DNA of 63,523 bases, counting the filler, from Choristocarpus tenellus KU-1152 (taxonomy: Eukaryota; Protista; Phaeophyceae), in assembly GCA_964200185.2 (NCBI GenBank). It is 8 parts of 8 records of this genome, joined end to end, with 100 filler letters (N's around TTAATTAATTAA, not from the genome) between each part and the next. Parts side by side here need not be neighbours in the genome. Positions count along the whole stretch, not along the records: positions 20,735 to 26,035 come from CAXNAD020011227.1; positions 26,136 to 29,788 come from CAXNAD020018708.1; positions 29,889 to 34,252 come from CAXNAD020014903.1; positions 34,353 to 41,303 come from CAXNAD020006988.1; 4 more parts are not named here. The stretch is one strand, 5' to 3'. Positions 23,923 through 36,190 of the stretch are shown in pieces (the first letter of the stretch is position 1; each line of letters opens with the position of its first letter). A program made the position numbers and the translations under genes. Below the pieces are notes generated by a model. The model was not told where the DNA came from and ran no database searches. It saw only the letters and a list, made by a program, of their open reading frames with translations.

Positions 23923-25435
23923 GGACCACGAGCGAATCTGCTAAGAAAGAGGTGAACCAGAGGACCGAAGAAATTGGTTGCATTTACCTAGATGCAACCA
24001 AAACAATGTACGTGGTCAGCTCTGGATTTCTATCGCAGGAGTTCAATGCAAGTCTGCTGGACAAGGATCGAGTTAATTGCGTCCATGCTCAAAGACCCCA
24101 CGAGGGATCCCGAACAGGCAGCGGACCAGGTCTTGACCGTCCTCAGTTCCCAGCCTTTCTCTGTGTGCTCATGTTGGAAGACCACAGACGAGATAAAGGA
24201 ATACATGAAGGAGTACGGGTTTCCGGCCGGCCTTTCCATGAATGCTCTTTTGAAGAGGTACATTAGGAGTGGATTCGTGATGAAGGACAAGACGGGGATG
24301 AAGAGGAACCCAAAGGACCGCGACAACATCTTTCATTGCCTTAACGGGCAGCACCGAGTAATGCTGCTCAGGATACTCAAGACCATTCTGCCAATCAAAC
24401 ATCAACGTTCCCGGGTTCGTCAACAAGGATTGGGCCTCGGGAGTAAGCCACCATCTGCAACGCTGTTGTAACAACAAGCTTGAGTGGAAAATATTTCCGA
24501 AAAGCAACAAGGAAAAGGCGGAATCCATCTCTATCGGACAAGGCGTGGCTTGGAGAAGATCTCACGTCCCCAATGTGGTGGACATCTTCCTCAGGATGGT
24601 GTCATGGTTGCGGGCTATGAAGGACTTCCGGAGAAAATTCGGAAGGGTTGAGGCCCTCCCATGCACTCTGCCCGACCTGAGCGACGACAGCAAGAAGAAG
24701 AGACAAAAGGCGCTGGTCAGGCTGTGTAACCAGTACTCTCTAGGAAAAATCGACTTCAGGGATAGCGACGTGGCGTTCAAGGCAGCAGCGAGGAAAACTG
24801 TAGCTGTCAAGATCATGGCATTTTTGAAGGAGGCATAGGTCGATACGGACTGGGAGAGTGGTCTGAACAGTACTAGCCCTGGCACAGCAGCTCAATTCTA
24901 CAATGCCATCGCGTCTCTGGCACAGATTTGAGCAGATGAAGGTAAAATTACGACCATTAATTCTCAAGTGTTTCTCCACGTCATCGTATATCAATTATTT
25001 CTCTTTTGTATTCTGGTCAACTCGAACAACCGCTGAATTGTAACCTAAAGATACAACTCCTTCTTTCGCCGACCTCATCACTCTGCCACCAGGAACTGAT
25101 TGAGTTCGAGAAAGTTCTGTGTGGTGTGTGGCAGGACCAGACCACAAGAGGAGGGACACTAACAATGTAAGTGCAGTACATTTCCAAGCATGTTAGTAAA
25201 AGCAATCCAGTATGCAATATTAAGAACGCACCGTTGATAAAATGCGGACGCACAGCCAATTTACCCCTCATTGCACACACCAAATGAAAAACGTTATTCC
25301 CTGATGAATAGATCACAACCCCAATTTTTCTTACTGAATATGCCCTTGCCCCGATTGCGGTGAGCCAAGTCAGCTTTGCTTCCCGGAAATGGAAGACAAA
25401 CCACGATGGGTCGTATCCTTTTTTGTATGTGGAGT
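23923..25435 (+). pseudogene. Frameshifted gene with ParB/Sulfiredoxin-like motif (LDKDRV..LIASML ... FHCLNGQHR)
   Basis: ORFs 23760, 23992 and the frame continuing into 24545 join through two frameshifts (~24070, ~24397) into one protein-like sequence; in-frame stop at 24836-24838; possible short introns 24942-25050 and 25167-25311. Confidence 0.5.
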
Positions 25436-25486
25436 TGATGCCTCGATACAAATACCTAGGCGGACACGGTGTAACCCAATGGTATG

Positions 25487-25745
25487 GAGTTAATGTATCT
25501 TAGAGGGTACGAGTTTTGCCCTATTTGTCCATTTGGGGCTTGGCTTCTCATGGGTATTTTTACAACATTTTCCCACTCCAAAATGTTTCGGAGTAGATAA
25601 AATGTATACATTATGAAAAGGCGTGTCTGGAACATGGACATTGACACATCCTAACTAACACGATAGCCAAAATTACATTGAAAACGCAACATTGGATTTT
25701 GGGTCCCAGTTGGACGCGGCTCTACCCTCTAAGATATTTTGGCTC
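25487..25745 (+). mobile_element. MITE family A, full copy (259 bp)
   Basis: GAGTTAATGTATCTTAGAGGG...CCCTCTAAGATATTTTGGCTC; 3-bp flanks ATG/ATG. Confidence 0.9.
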
Positions 25746-26135
25746 ATGACGAACTCTTCTCTCTTCCTCATATTATACAACATCTCTGTCGTCGCCCTTT
25801 CCTCGTCAACGTTGTATAAATTGTGTAATATAGACTAGTAGTCTATATGGTCTATAGTATAAAAGTGAATGAAGTAATTTAACTTGAACTTATATGTGAC
25901 TGACGTAGTGTAACTGTCACAAACATGTTTAAATATATTTCTGAAGTGTTTGATGACGAATGAATTAGATAACAAGGGAGAGCACCACCCCCACCTTGAG
26001 GATAGTGCTCACTCCGCTAATAAACAAATCCATACNNNNNNNNNNNNNNNNNNNNNNNNNNNNNNNNNNNNNNNNNNNNTTAATTAATTAANNNNNNNNN
26101 NNNNNNNNNNNNNNNNNNNNNNNNNNNNNNNNNNN

Positions 26136-26142
26136 TGTGTGT

Positions 26143-26183
<41 letters not shown>

Positions 26184-26212
26184 TGTGTGTGTATGTGTGT
26201 GTGTGTGTGTGT
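26136..26212. repeat. (GT)n microsatellite at contig start
   Basis: Direct reading. Confidence 0.95.
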
Positions 26213-26865
26213 GCTCGACTGGAGCACTGAGACAGACAAGAGTCATGGAAGCAAGTTCAAAACAGTTGAAAAACGTGCAGGCTAACCCTAACCCTAACCC
26301 GAATAAGCCAAACCATGCATGAGCAATTTAAAAACTGCATTGCAGCCTATGAGGGACGGCTGCTGCATATGAACCAAAACCACGTCTTCAACATCACGGC
26401 AAGGTAATCCATCTTTCTGTCCTAAATACACACTCCCACTCCCACTGAAACATTGATGGAAATGTGACGTAACTCTGGGAGAAACTACTGAACTTCTGAT
26501 GCAGCAAAACCCACACAACCACAGTAGTCTGCAATGCCAGTGAGTTCAAACAAATGCAAGATAAGAAAACTCTTTCACCATACATTTTCAAATACTCTTC
26601 CTTTTAACACGATTTTAACTGCAACATGCAGAAAATACTAATCACCAAAACCACAACCATCACCAACTCCACAACGGACATCCCGCCTCCATTGAGCAAG
26701 CAAGTAGATCTTAGGTAAGAATTCGTTCAGTTGTACACTCATATAACCTCAACACAGAAAATCAACCACACTCCCTAAAAATTCTTTCACAAGCCCTCCT
26801 GCCCCCAATCCTCCCCTGCGCCCCCACTCCTCCCCTGTCATATATCGTCGGGGGGTTCCACTCAC

Positions 26866-29331
26866 AAAAATCTTTGGGTTTACGATGTTGTCAACGGCAG
26901 ACTGGAACGAGATATTGCCCTCTTTTGGAGGCACAAGCATCTTTGAGTCCCCCTTTGTGTAGTTCCCAACCAGGACCTTTGCCACAATCATCTATCACAG
27001 ACAGTTACAAAACAGGTATATAGCAAGAGGAAACAACCAAAGTGACAACAGAAGAGACAGAGACATGAGACAGAAGGGGCTGCTTACTTTGAGGAAGCAA
27101 TAGACAGTTTGAACAGACAGTATTGGATTGGGGCATGAGTTACTGAGTTACTGAGTTAAAGTAAGCGAGTAAACGGGACATGAGTTACTGCCCATGTAAT
27201 CGGATGTGGTGCTGGTGGGGGGTCCAGAGAGGGAGAGGCAGGGACAAGAGGGGGAACTATCAAGCAGCATTGGAGCATTGCAACTATTGTGACAGCTTCG
27301 TTGGAGGAATGGTACAAAAAAGTAAAATGAACTGCACACAGTTTAATATAATCCTCTTAGATATATACCCTCAACGGTTCAATCTATACCCTTGTGCTGC
27401 TTATTTCATTATAAGTTTGCTCATTTTTTACCCCTCCCCCCCCCCTCTCCTCTCCCCATTCCCTTTTACTGCTCATTTCCAGTGAGATATCAAAGTTGAT
27501 CCAAATATTTATGACCCATTCCACTGCTTGCAGTACAACCCCTCTATTCCTCTCAGTAAATCTTCTCACCTGGCAACTGTTGGCACCATCCATGTATTTA
27601 TAAGCAAGCTCTGCATCTTTAGCAAAGTAGCAGCCATGGCCGAGGAGCTTTAGTGTCCCCCGCAAATCAATATGCACATGCCAAAGGGATGGAATAGTCA
27701 CTGTGAGTGAGCTTGAGAATCGAATACAGTGGCAGGGACAAGGTGTGGTAGCGCGTTCTTATCTCATCTTTGACATCACTTCCACAACCATTTCAAAATT
27801 GTGCAGGTTCCATAGTCAGTTCCATTGATCTAACAGAGCTGTCGAAATTAAATATTTCAACTATATGGAGTTGGAAGGTGTACTTCATCTCTATATTTAC
27901 CATCAACAACAAATTCATTAGGGTGTGTCATTTTGTTTCCCCACTGTGCTTCAGCTTCTTTGGGTGTCTGGGAGTGTATGTATATATATATGTGTGCGTG
28001 TGTTACATTGGAACTTGCAACTCTACACCTCAGAGGACAAAGAACACACTACAACTGTATGATATTACCACAATGACATAACAGCTTCCAGGAACAGCAG
28101 CACTAGAGCTTTAAAAATAGTGTCCACAACATTTACGTGCCTCCTGTATTACAATACCCTCTCAAATCATAATTACATCCACAATGCACACATCTGTCCC
28201 CCGACATCTATCCACACTCAATGAGTTTTGTCAGCAGATCAAACATTACTGTAGATCAACACCAACCCCCCCAAGCATACATCTATGACACAGCCATGCC
28301 ATACATAACCACAGACATACATAAATTGCACAACCTCAATCAAAAATTCCAAACAATCGCCTTCCTCCCTTCATAAAACTCTTGACCGGTAGACCCAGTC
28401 TCTACTGTAGAACTTTTCATATGCAGCCCCCCCATCACTTCACCTTGCCATTCTGGCGTCCAGCCAACCGCCTCTCAAACCCTTCCTTGCATATTTGCAT
28501 CAACGTTTCTTGGGAAGCTCCGTGGAACAGCAGTGTTTCATTGCAGAATGCCTACACCACACCACAGTGCACGTTTCAGTTTTATTCATTTTGATCCCCA
28601 CACAAACAATTGCCAGCACCAGCACCAGCACCAGCACCAGCACCAACATCAACACCAGTACGAACACCAGGTGCCATGAATATCAAAGTCCACATAATAA
28701 AACACACACAGGCACACAAGAGTGAGCATGGAATTCAATACGTGGAATTGAAACATGTCTTTTGAGTGGAGACTACCTTGAAATCCTGGGATGGCTGCAA
28801 ATCTTGAAGCGTACGTCGTTGTCATCATCACAGCCTGCCATCGTTAAACCTTCTCTTTTTACTAGTGCTGTGAACTGAAAGAATCTGCAACTATGATTGA
28901 AAGGAATTTAACGGAACTGTAGGCACACAACATGACGCAAGTCAAGAACTACAAAGCCTCCAAGGGTCTCCGCGTGCAGATCTGAAGCCATAACAGTGAA
29001 ATATGTAGTGAGTTGTGGGTAGTGACACCTTGTTACAGATACATGTTTCTGTGACCTCACACGAGTTCATTAGTCACACTTCTGGTTGTATTGAGATTTT
29101 TTAAAACCGAATAACCTCAATTTTTCAGTTATTCCAATTGATTCAACCGAAGCAAATTGAACTGTCATGATTCACAGCACTACTTTTTACCTACACTCAA
29201 TTGGCAGTTTTCCTCACCTTAGAGTTAGTCTGGTAGTGCTCCCAAATAAACGGGTTCCATATGTGGTCCACCCTGGACACCTTCCTCTTCACAGTTGCCC
29301 CAACCATACCCTTCACGATCTCAACCTCTTC
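26866..29331 (-). CDS. PARP-family ADP-ribosyltransferase catalytic domain (mono-ART type), partial. Exons 29331-29218, 28551-28444, 27647-27570, 26991-26866
   Basis: Four phase-0 GT-AG exons give VSRVDHIWNPFIWEHYQ / NETLLFHGASQETLMQICKEGFERRLAGRQNGK / LLGHGCYFAKDAELAYKY / MIVAKVLVGNYTKG...PP...SAVDNIVNPKIF, the canonical motif order of PARP7/11/12/14-like domains. Confidence 0.9.
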
Positions 29332-29888
29332 CTGTGTTATCCACATTCAAGGGTGCCCCCATGCACCAGCAGATTTTTGGCAGCACCATGAGGTTTGTGA
29401 TGGGTTAGAGAGGGGACATCAAGCAGGGAGAGTGGAATGGTGGAGTGTTGGATTTTAGTGTAAGGTAGAGATGGGAGGTTGAAGGGGGAAAAGGTAGGGG
29501 GTGGGCAGGATGCGCTTGAACTGGGCATTGTCATCTTGGCAGGTTAACAGCAACAAGTCTTGAAAGAGCGATAGGAACCCTGACCTCTCTCCTGAAAAGG
29601 CAAACACAAGATGGATCTCCTCATCAAATGTAGCATACTAGAGTGGAGGGGAGTGTTGGAAAGGGAGAAGCTGCATCAATTAAGAGAGGGCCTTGCCCCC
29701 ATCCCCCCTCCCAAATCAGGCACCGAAACATTAACACAGCAAGAGCATCAAAGGAATTAACCTTCCAGGATTTGGCCTGAACAACTTANNNNNNNNNNNN
29801 NNNNNNNNNNNNNNNNNNNNNNNNNNNNNNNNTTAATTAATTAANNNNNNNNNNNNNNNNNNNNNNNNNNNNNNNNNNNNNNNNNNNN

Positions 29889-31771
29889 TCCAAGCTCATC
29901 TACTGGTTCGCCAATGTGTTCAGTTACGACTCTCCTGTGATACCTGAGGGGGGAGGGGGGGATGGGAGAGGGTACATATGCCATGTCCTGAGCAGGATAG
30001 GTGCAATTTATAAATATATATATATATATATAGAAGGCAATGGGAGCATAGAATTGAGAGGCGAAGTGGACAGCACAGGGTGAAAATAGAAGACAAAAGA
30101 AATAGGTGGCATACTGATGCTCTGTGGTGCCGCAAGATACTAACAGATGAGGGCGGATCTGATGTCATAATGTGGAAGACCTACCTACTGCTCTTGGACA
30201 CAAAATAGACACAATTGCTCCACATCAATCGTTCTCGGTCCAACAAAAATGAACTGTGTGTCTCACTTTGAAAATAATCAAGCACAGCACACTATCAAGC
30301 ACAACAATGCAGGTCTGGTTGTACGCATTGAACTCAGGCTGAGTCCGTTCATGTCAAACCTGATCCTCCCCAAATATTATGTAGACTGTAACCAAAAGTG
30401 GGTGGGTGGGGGGCTGGGGGTTGGGGGACTATTCTTGCCATTCCCTTTCGTTCATCACAGCCACAGGTATAGTATTACACTATTACAGTATGTAATTCTC
30501 TATTCATAGGATTAGGGTATTAGTAGGGTCAGGGGTAGAGGTGGTTACATCCTTTATCCTTGCCATATTTGGTAGTTCTTGGGATTTTCACCAGCGATTT
30601 CCTCCACAAAAAGCAGCTCCTTCCTCAGGTCAGAGCCAAGCGCAAACAGACACCTGTTTGTAAGTATGTATCCACATGAGGAGAGGGGCACGACAGCACT
30701 AATGAGCAAGAATGATGAGGAGCTGTTGAGGCGTCCTCTCACAAGGCACTAAAGGACATGCAAGGACTAAGAATGCTAAGCAACTGCACACAAACCTCAT
30801 CGCTAACGTTTGAGGTACATATCACAACAGAGAGCCACCAGGGAGGGTACTTTGTGTGACTCCATGGTGACAACAAAGCGTTGGCCATGCAAGTGTTCTT
30901 GTTTTCTCTGCACGAAGAGAGCGTTTAACTCTCGTCCTCTACACTTATTGAGCCACAGTCGCGTCGTACTTCGACCTCATGATTTCTCACCGCCGTCGGA
31001 AGTGCCAGGCGGTATAGTGAGAGGCGTTCTGTTCGATCACTGCAGAGGTCAGGTCCAGGGCTCGTTGGCTGGTTTCATTAGTTTTCAACATCGCTCGTAG
31101 GAGGTCCATCGCTGCCACATCTGTAGAAGCAGAAGCAGGGTGAAACGTTCTTGCTGGTATACTTGTGTTGTAGGCGAGTTGTGGTGTGCCTGTGTGGTGG
31201 TTTGAGCCAACTGGATCTCACTTGACGCATTCCCGATTCCTATCGTACATTATAGCCCACATTGAAAGATGTTTATGTTTAAGCTTCAGAGTGTCCCCAC
31301 TCCGGTCTCGATTCTTCTTCATCGTGCTGACAAACCTGGCTAGCTATGTGGCCTGTTAGCGACAAAGATGGTGTACGGCAATTGGTTTCAAACCAAAACG
31401 GCAGCCAAGCTCAGTCAAGCTCTGCAATTCACAGGCTTCACACCATGCAGTCGACCCGAGAGTACATTGTACACATTGCATTATACTCCGTAACGATGGC
31501 AACGGGTCAAAAGTGGATGCAGTCGACCACACCCAAGTCAAGTCGGCTGACTTATCTTCCATGTGGCAAAACTGCCAGAGAACCTCGATTTCCTAAAAAG
31601 TGGAGGCAGAAAAGGACAGAAACACCGATCATATCTTCTACCTCACCACCTTTCCCATCACTCACAAAGCTTCGGGTAGGCAATGGCAACCACAGGGTGC
31701 GGTCCGTCATCCTGTGGTATAGGTGTGACATCGTCGAAGCCTGGGAAAAAGGTGCCATGGCACCCCATCAT
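29889..31771 (-). CDS. FNTA: Protein farnesyltransferase/geranylgeranyltransferase-I alpha subunit, 5' part. Exons 31771-31666, 31120-30991, 30653-30564, 29943-contig end
   Basis: DVTPIPQDDGPHPVVAIAY; MDLLRAMLKTNETSQRALDLT...NASHYTAWHFRR; ENPKNYQIWYHRR (PPTA repeats). Confidence 0.93.
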
Positions 31772-31908
31772 ACCCGCCTGCAAAATGGCGGCACGTCAAT
31801 AGCATTGTTCCACATTTGGCAAGGTATTTTTTTTTTAAGAACACCATAGTTTAGGTTATGTGTTAGATATAATGTTAAGAGTCAAGGCAAAGGGTTAACA
31901 TTCGTACC

Positions 31909-33615
31909 ATGAGTGATGATGAGGGTGACCAAGACGACAACCAGAGAAGGCGTGACCACACACAGTTCCCGCAAACCGAGATAACAGTGAAATGCAATAG
32001 CCCGCCCAATCCAACAGCAGGAGGGGCACTAGATAATCAAGGGCAAAGCAAACCACACGATACGCATGGAGTATCTACATTTTATTAGGTGAGTATCGTG
32101 GAACAAACAAAATGGAGAGGGTGGAGTTGCAACAACCTGCAAAGCGTGCTTTGAGGTCAATGAAACGTCTGAATACTGAGTGATGAGTGATGCCATTCAG
32201 TAAGAATATTCTATAGTCGCAGTCAGTCATCGTCTCGGTGCACCCGCATTTTTGGACAGGACTACGCCGTAGTGGAATGGGTGACTAGGGACCCGTGTAA
32301 GCAAGGTCAGAAGCGAACCAGCAGATCAATGGTAAAAACAGAACAAACAAAAAGCACCGTGATCGTACAGAGAAGAGTCGGTCATGGACGACCTCCGCTT
32401 CAACACTTTTCTCAAGGCTCCTCCCCCAAGAGAAGGGACTGTCACACTTAACTATGGTATTTCGCATCACCTTCAGTCAGCAGCTGTTGATCCTACTTTC
32501 GCGCGAGAACGTATCACTATGCTCAAGAGGATGGGATTCAGTCTTGGGCAGACCCTCACTCCTGGAGATGGCATTAACAAGCATCATGGCGTTGCAGCGC
32601 GGATGAAGCATGCCATTGCCGGCAAGGTGAGCATTTAAAAGGAAACTGGTATCTCAATACATGGATCATATGGCGATACAAGGATTTTAATATTTCCTTT
32701 GAAAGGAATGAAACCTCGACCAGAGGGAGGATGTCACCATTCCTTGTTTGAATCCAGGATTGCCAACTATTTTTAATTCGTTTTCTTTGCTGCTCAAATT
32801 ATCTCTACTCATGTTGACACAAGGAACGCAACGAAAGCACTCAGCATCGACTCCAGCGTCACAGAGAAAGATTGACAATCCAACAGGTGTGATACTTCGT
32901 CGTTCATACGATGTCATCCTAGCATCCTCGTCAACAGTGTTGAAGCGTCATCTTAGGAAAGACGAATGATGTAGTACTAATAGCATAGTTACATGCCGTC
33001 AACTAGCTACATATACGATGAAGATTTACGGTTGCTGTCACTGTCATGATCCCGACTACACACAACATAAAAATCTTCTCATGAGGCCCTTTACCTGTCG
33101 ACCAGGTGAGCGATCTTGGTGATATCACACGAGAGATTAACAAGTACGCAAAAGACGGCAAACGAGTGCCACTGGCTGTCTGGGAAAGGTTCGACCGTGT
33201 AAACAAACGCCACAAGAGACACGAGATCAGCAAAGAGATAGAACATGCGATGCCAGCGGGGGAAATCCTAAACAGTTGCAGGGGTCGTGAAAAACAGCGG
33301 CTACACAAAGAGGTCAATCTCACAGACAACACCCTGCAACAACGCCGACCCCACTCTGAAAACCCTCCCGTTGTTCGGGGGTTCTTACGTCCCGTTGCCA
33401 AGCCGACAAGTTGCGGAGTGAGGTGTACGTTTGGTAGCAAAGGTGGGGAAGGACCTAGGGGAGAAGGTTTGCTGAGGCCCAGGAGTGGAAAGTCTAGGAG
33501 AGAGACCTATTCGTCGTGTGCAAATGCAGCAGGAGCAGCACATGTGTGGGAGGCCTATGAAAGGAGGAAGCTCAATGAACTGTGTGAGACACTGCAGACA
33601 CAAGAATGCTTATAA
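31909..33615 (+). CDS. Hypothetical spliced gene divergent from FNTA (segments 32384-32626 and 33106-33615); structure unresolved
   Basis: Protein-like ORFs bounded by plausible splice sites (GTGAGT ~32090, GTGAGC ~32627, CAG ~33105); no recognised domain and I could not join all pieces in frame. Confidence 0.35.
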
Positions 33616-34352
33616 TCGATCCCCCTTCCGACCACATGATCAAAATAACTATACCCCAACTTCCGAAGGGCTGACTCTTCCCTTCCAACCTTCATACAGT
33701 ATTTGGAGTTGAGTTCTTCCAATGTCTCCGGGGTTGTGCTATAGGCGAATAGCGTGAGCGTTTCTTCTTGTATTTCAACAAAGTTTGAGCATTTGTTGCA
33801 CGCGAATAGCGCGAGCATTTTCTTTTTATGTTTAGGAAATACGAACATTTGTAACAGACATACAGTGTAAGGATTGTTTCCCGAGTTCTGACAAGTACGA
33901 ACTATATACGATATTAGTAATACATAGGTAGCCTTACAGAATGAGTGATTATTTTAAGAAGATGCAGAGTAAGATTCGGAATACCTACGTAACATTACAG
34001 AGGAAAATGTCAAAGTCACTAAGAAGTTGAAGAATAAGGCTTATGATTGGAGTACCTATAGAGTAGTAGATAGAAGACCAACGAAATTGGGTGGATGAAA
34101 ATAATAAGAGAGCTTTTTGTGGAAACACTCTGACCTCCCATATGCCTTAGTCTACCTTTTGAACGAAATATTGAATCAAGCTTTGAGCTAAGCACTGAGT
34201 GGAGTATCAAGAGAAGGCTATCTGACACCCTATACAACTCGTTGTAAAAGGCNNNNNNNNNNNNNNNNNNNNNNNNNNNNNNNNNNNNNNNNNNNNTTAA
34301 TTAATTAANNNNNNNNNNNNNNNNNNNNNNNNNNNNNNNNNNNNNNNNNNNN

Positions 34353-34376
34353 CCCCCCCCACAGATACTTTGGATC
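34353..34376. mobile_element. MITE family B terminus at contig start, adjoining the copia LTR
   Basis: Poly-C + ACAGATACTTTGGATC. Confidence 0.65.
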
Positions 34377-36190
34377 ATAACTATATTACTGCTATTGTCT
34401 CACTATACCATTTGTAATGTCCCATTCGCCCACCATAACGTACCACTTGTGCACATCACTACTTTGCATTGTACCGAACTAAAGATCAACGTACATATAA
34501 GCTATGTTATTTACTTGGATCAGCACAGATATCGTAAGGATAACACTAGGTTATTCGACATCCTCCTCTTGCTGAAAGCAGGTATTAACTCTCAAACAAT
34601 CACACAAAAAAAATAAAACACACATGTTGTCTCACATGTTCATCAAAAACTTAACATGTCTAAAAACTCGAACTGGCAAATTCTTGGTCAGCATATCTGC
34701 CCTCTGGTTTGCAGTACCAACAAAAACAACACGAATCTCTCCTTTTCTAGACAAATCCCTCAAAAAATGATGTCGGACATCAATGTGCTTTGTTCATGTA
34801 GAGCTCGTGGCATTTCGTACTAGTTTGCATGCACCATCGTTATCCTCAAACAAGTCAATGCAACGCCTAGGAAACTATGGCTGAATAAACTCAAAAACAC
34901 TTCTCAAGAAAAGTAATTCCTGTGCTACACTACTAAGAGCTATGTATTAACTCTTCGTGGAAGACATAGCTACAACTCTTTGTACCTTTGACATCCAAGA
35001 TATTGCTCCTGCAAACATCATTGCTCCTCCAGTCACTGATCTACGATCATTCCAGTCTCCAGCATAACTAGCATCATCAGTATACGCACTATTTCACTGC
35101 ATGCCAATGTGTGACTTTGGGATTGCTGCTCTATACTTGGCAACTTCATGAACTGCATTTGCAATGTCAAGCCTAGCCATAACAGATGCCCATATCAAAT
35201 TACCAACTGCCTCTCGGTATGGCGTATTTTCATCAACACTTGGATGATTCTCACTCTTGTCTAGAGTCCTTGAGAGATCATGGGGTATCGACCTCTTCTT
35301 TGCCCCATCCATACCAAATCTTTGGCAAACACTCTTAATGTACCTAGTCTGAATGATGGTGACAGTCTGTGCAGTTCTGTCACGTGAAATCTCACAACCC
35401 ATATAATTCTCAAGATCACTAAAACCCTCTATGGAAAACTGCTCTTTAATCCTGGAGCGAACCTAAATCAAAATATCTATTTACCAGCTACCAAAAGATC
35501 GTCAACGTGGGGGGCTATCACAGTCAAACAACGCCATCTCTTTCATAGCGTAACGCACAGGGATCTGCTCTGCATTGCTCAAAACCACACTGTTCCAAAC
35601 ATGCACCAACAGATTATTAAACTCCCTGCTTGCCTGTTTGGTGCCATAAAGTGCCTTAACTAAACGCACAGTCTTTCCAGACCATATACCACATCCATCA
35701 AATAAACGCACAACTATCTCTTCACTGATGTCTGCTTGGATAAAGGCTTGTTTCACATCCCAATGCTTCAGTTCCCAATCCTTGTCTGCAGCTAATGCTA
35801 AAACCACTTTCAAAGACACAGGGGACGGTGTTGGTGCAAAGGTATCTTGGTAATCTAAGCCCCCAATCTGTCGAAAACCTTTTGCTACCAAACGTGCCAC
35901 GTATCTCACTACCTCACCAAATCTGTTAGACTTATGCTTGTGAATTTATTTAATGTCTACTGCCCTGCGTCCAGGGGGTAATACGGCCTCACCTACGCAT
36001 TATTCAACAACAAACCAGACATCTCTTCTGCACTAGCTCGATCCCATAAATCACATTCGGGAGAGCTACGTGCTGCTCTTACAGTCTTGGGTTCTGGAGG
36101 GAGTTCATCCGCTAACACTCTAATAGAATCATCACTCGCACACATCACAAGGCTAGTTGATCTCTATGGATAACACTAGGTTATTCGACA
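34377..36190 (-). mobile_element. Ty1/copia LTR retrotransposon, internally deleted and degenerate (RT + RNase H retained)
   Basis: YVARLVAKGFRQ..GLDYQDTFAP, WDVKQAF, KALYGTKQASR, HVDDLLVAG, PYREAVGNL, RRSVTG, TKHIDVRHHFLRD, ADMLTK; LTR start TGTCGAATAACCTAGTGTTATCC at both 36190 and 34560; polypurine tract AAGAGGAGGA just before 34560. Confidence 0.93.

Noticed and set aside
24836-24838. Stop-codon readthrough or alternative genetic code
   Set aside because: In-frame stops occur only in regions that also have frameshifts; intact host genes use the standard code, so decay is the simpler explanation.
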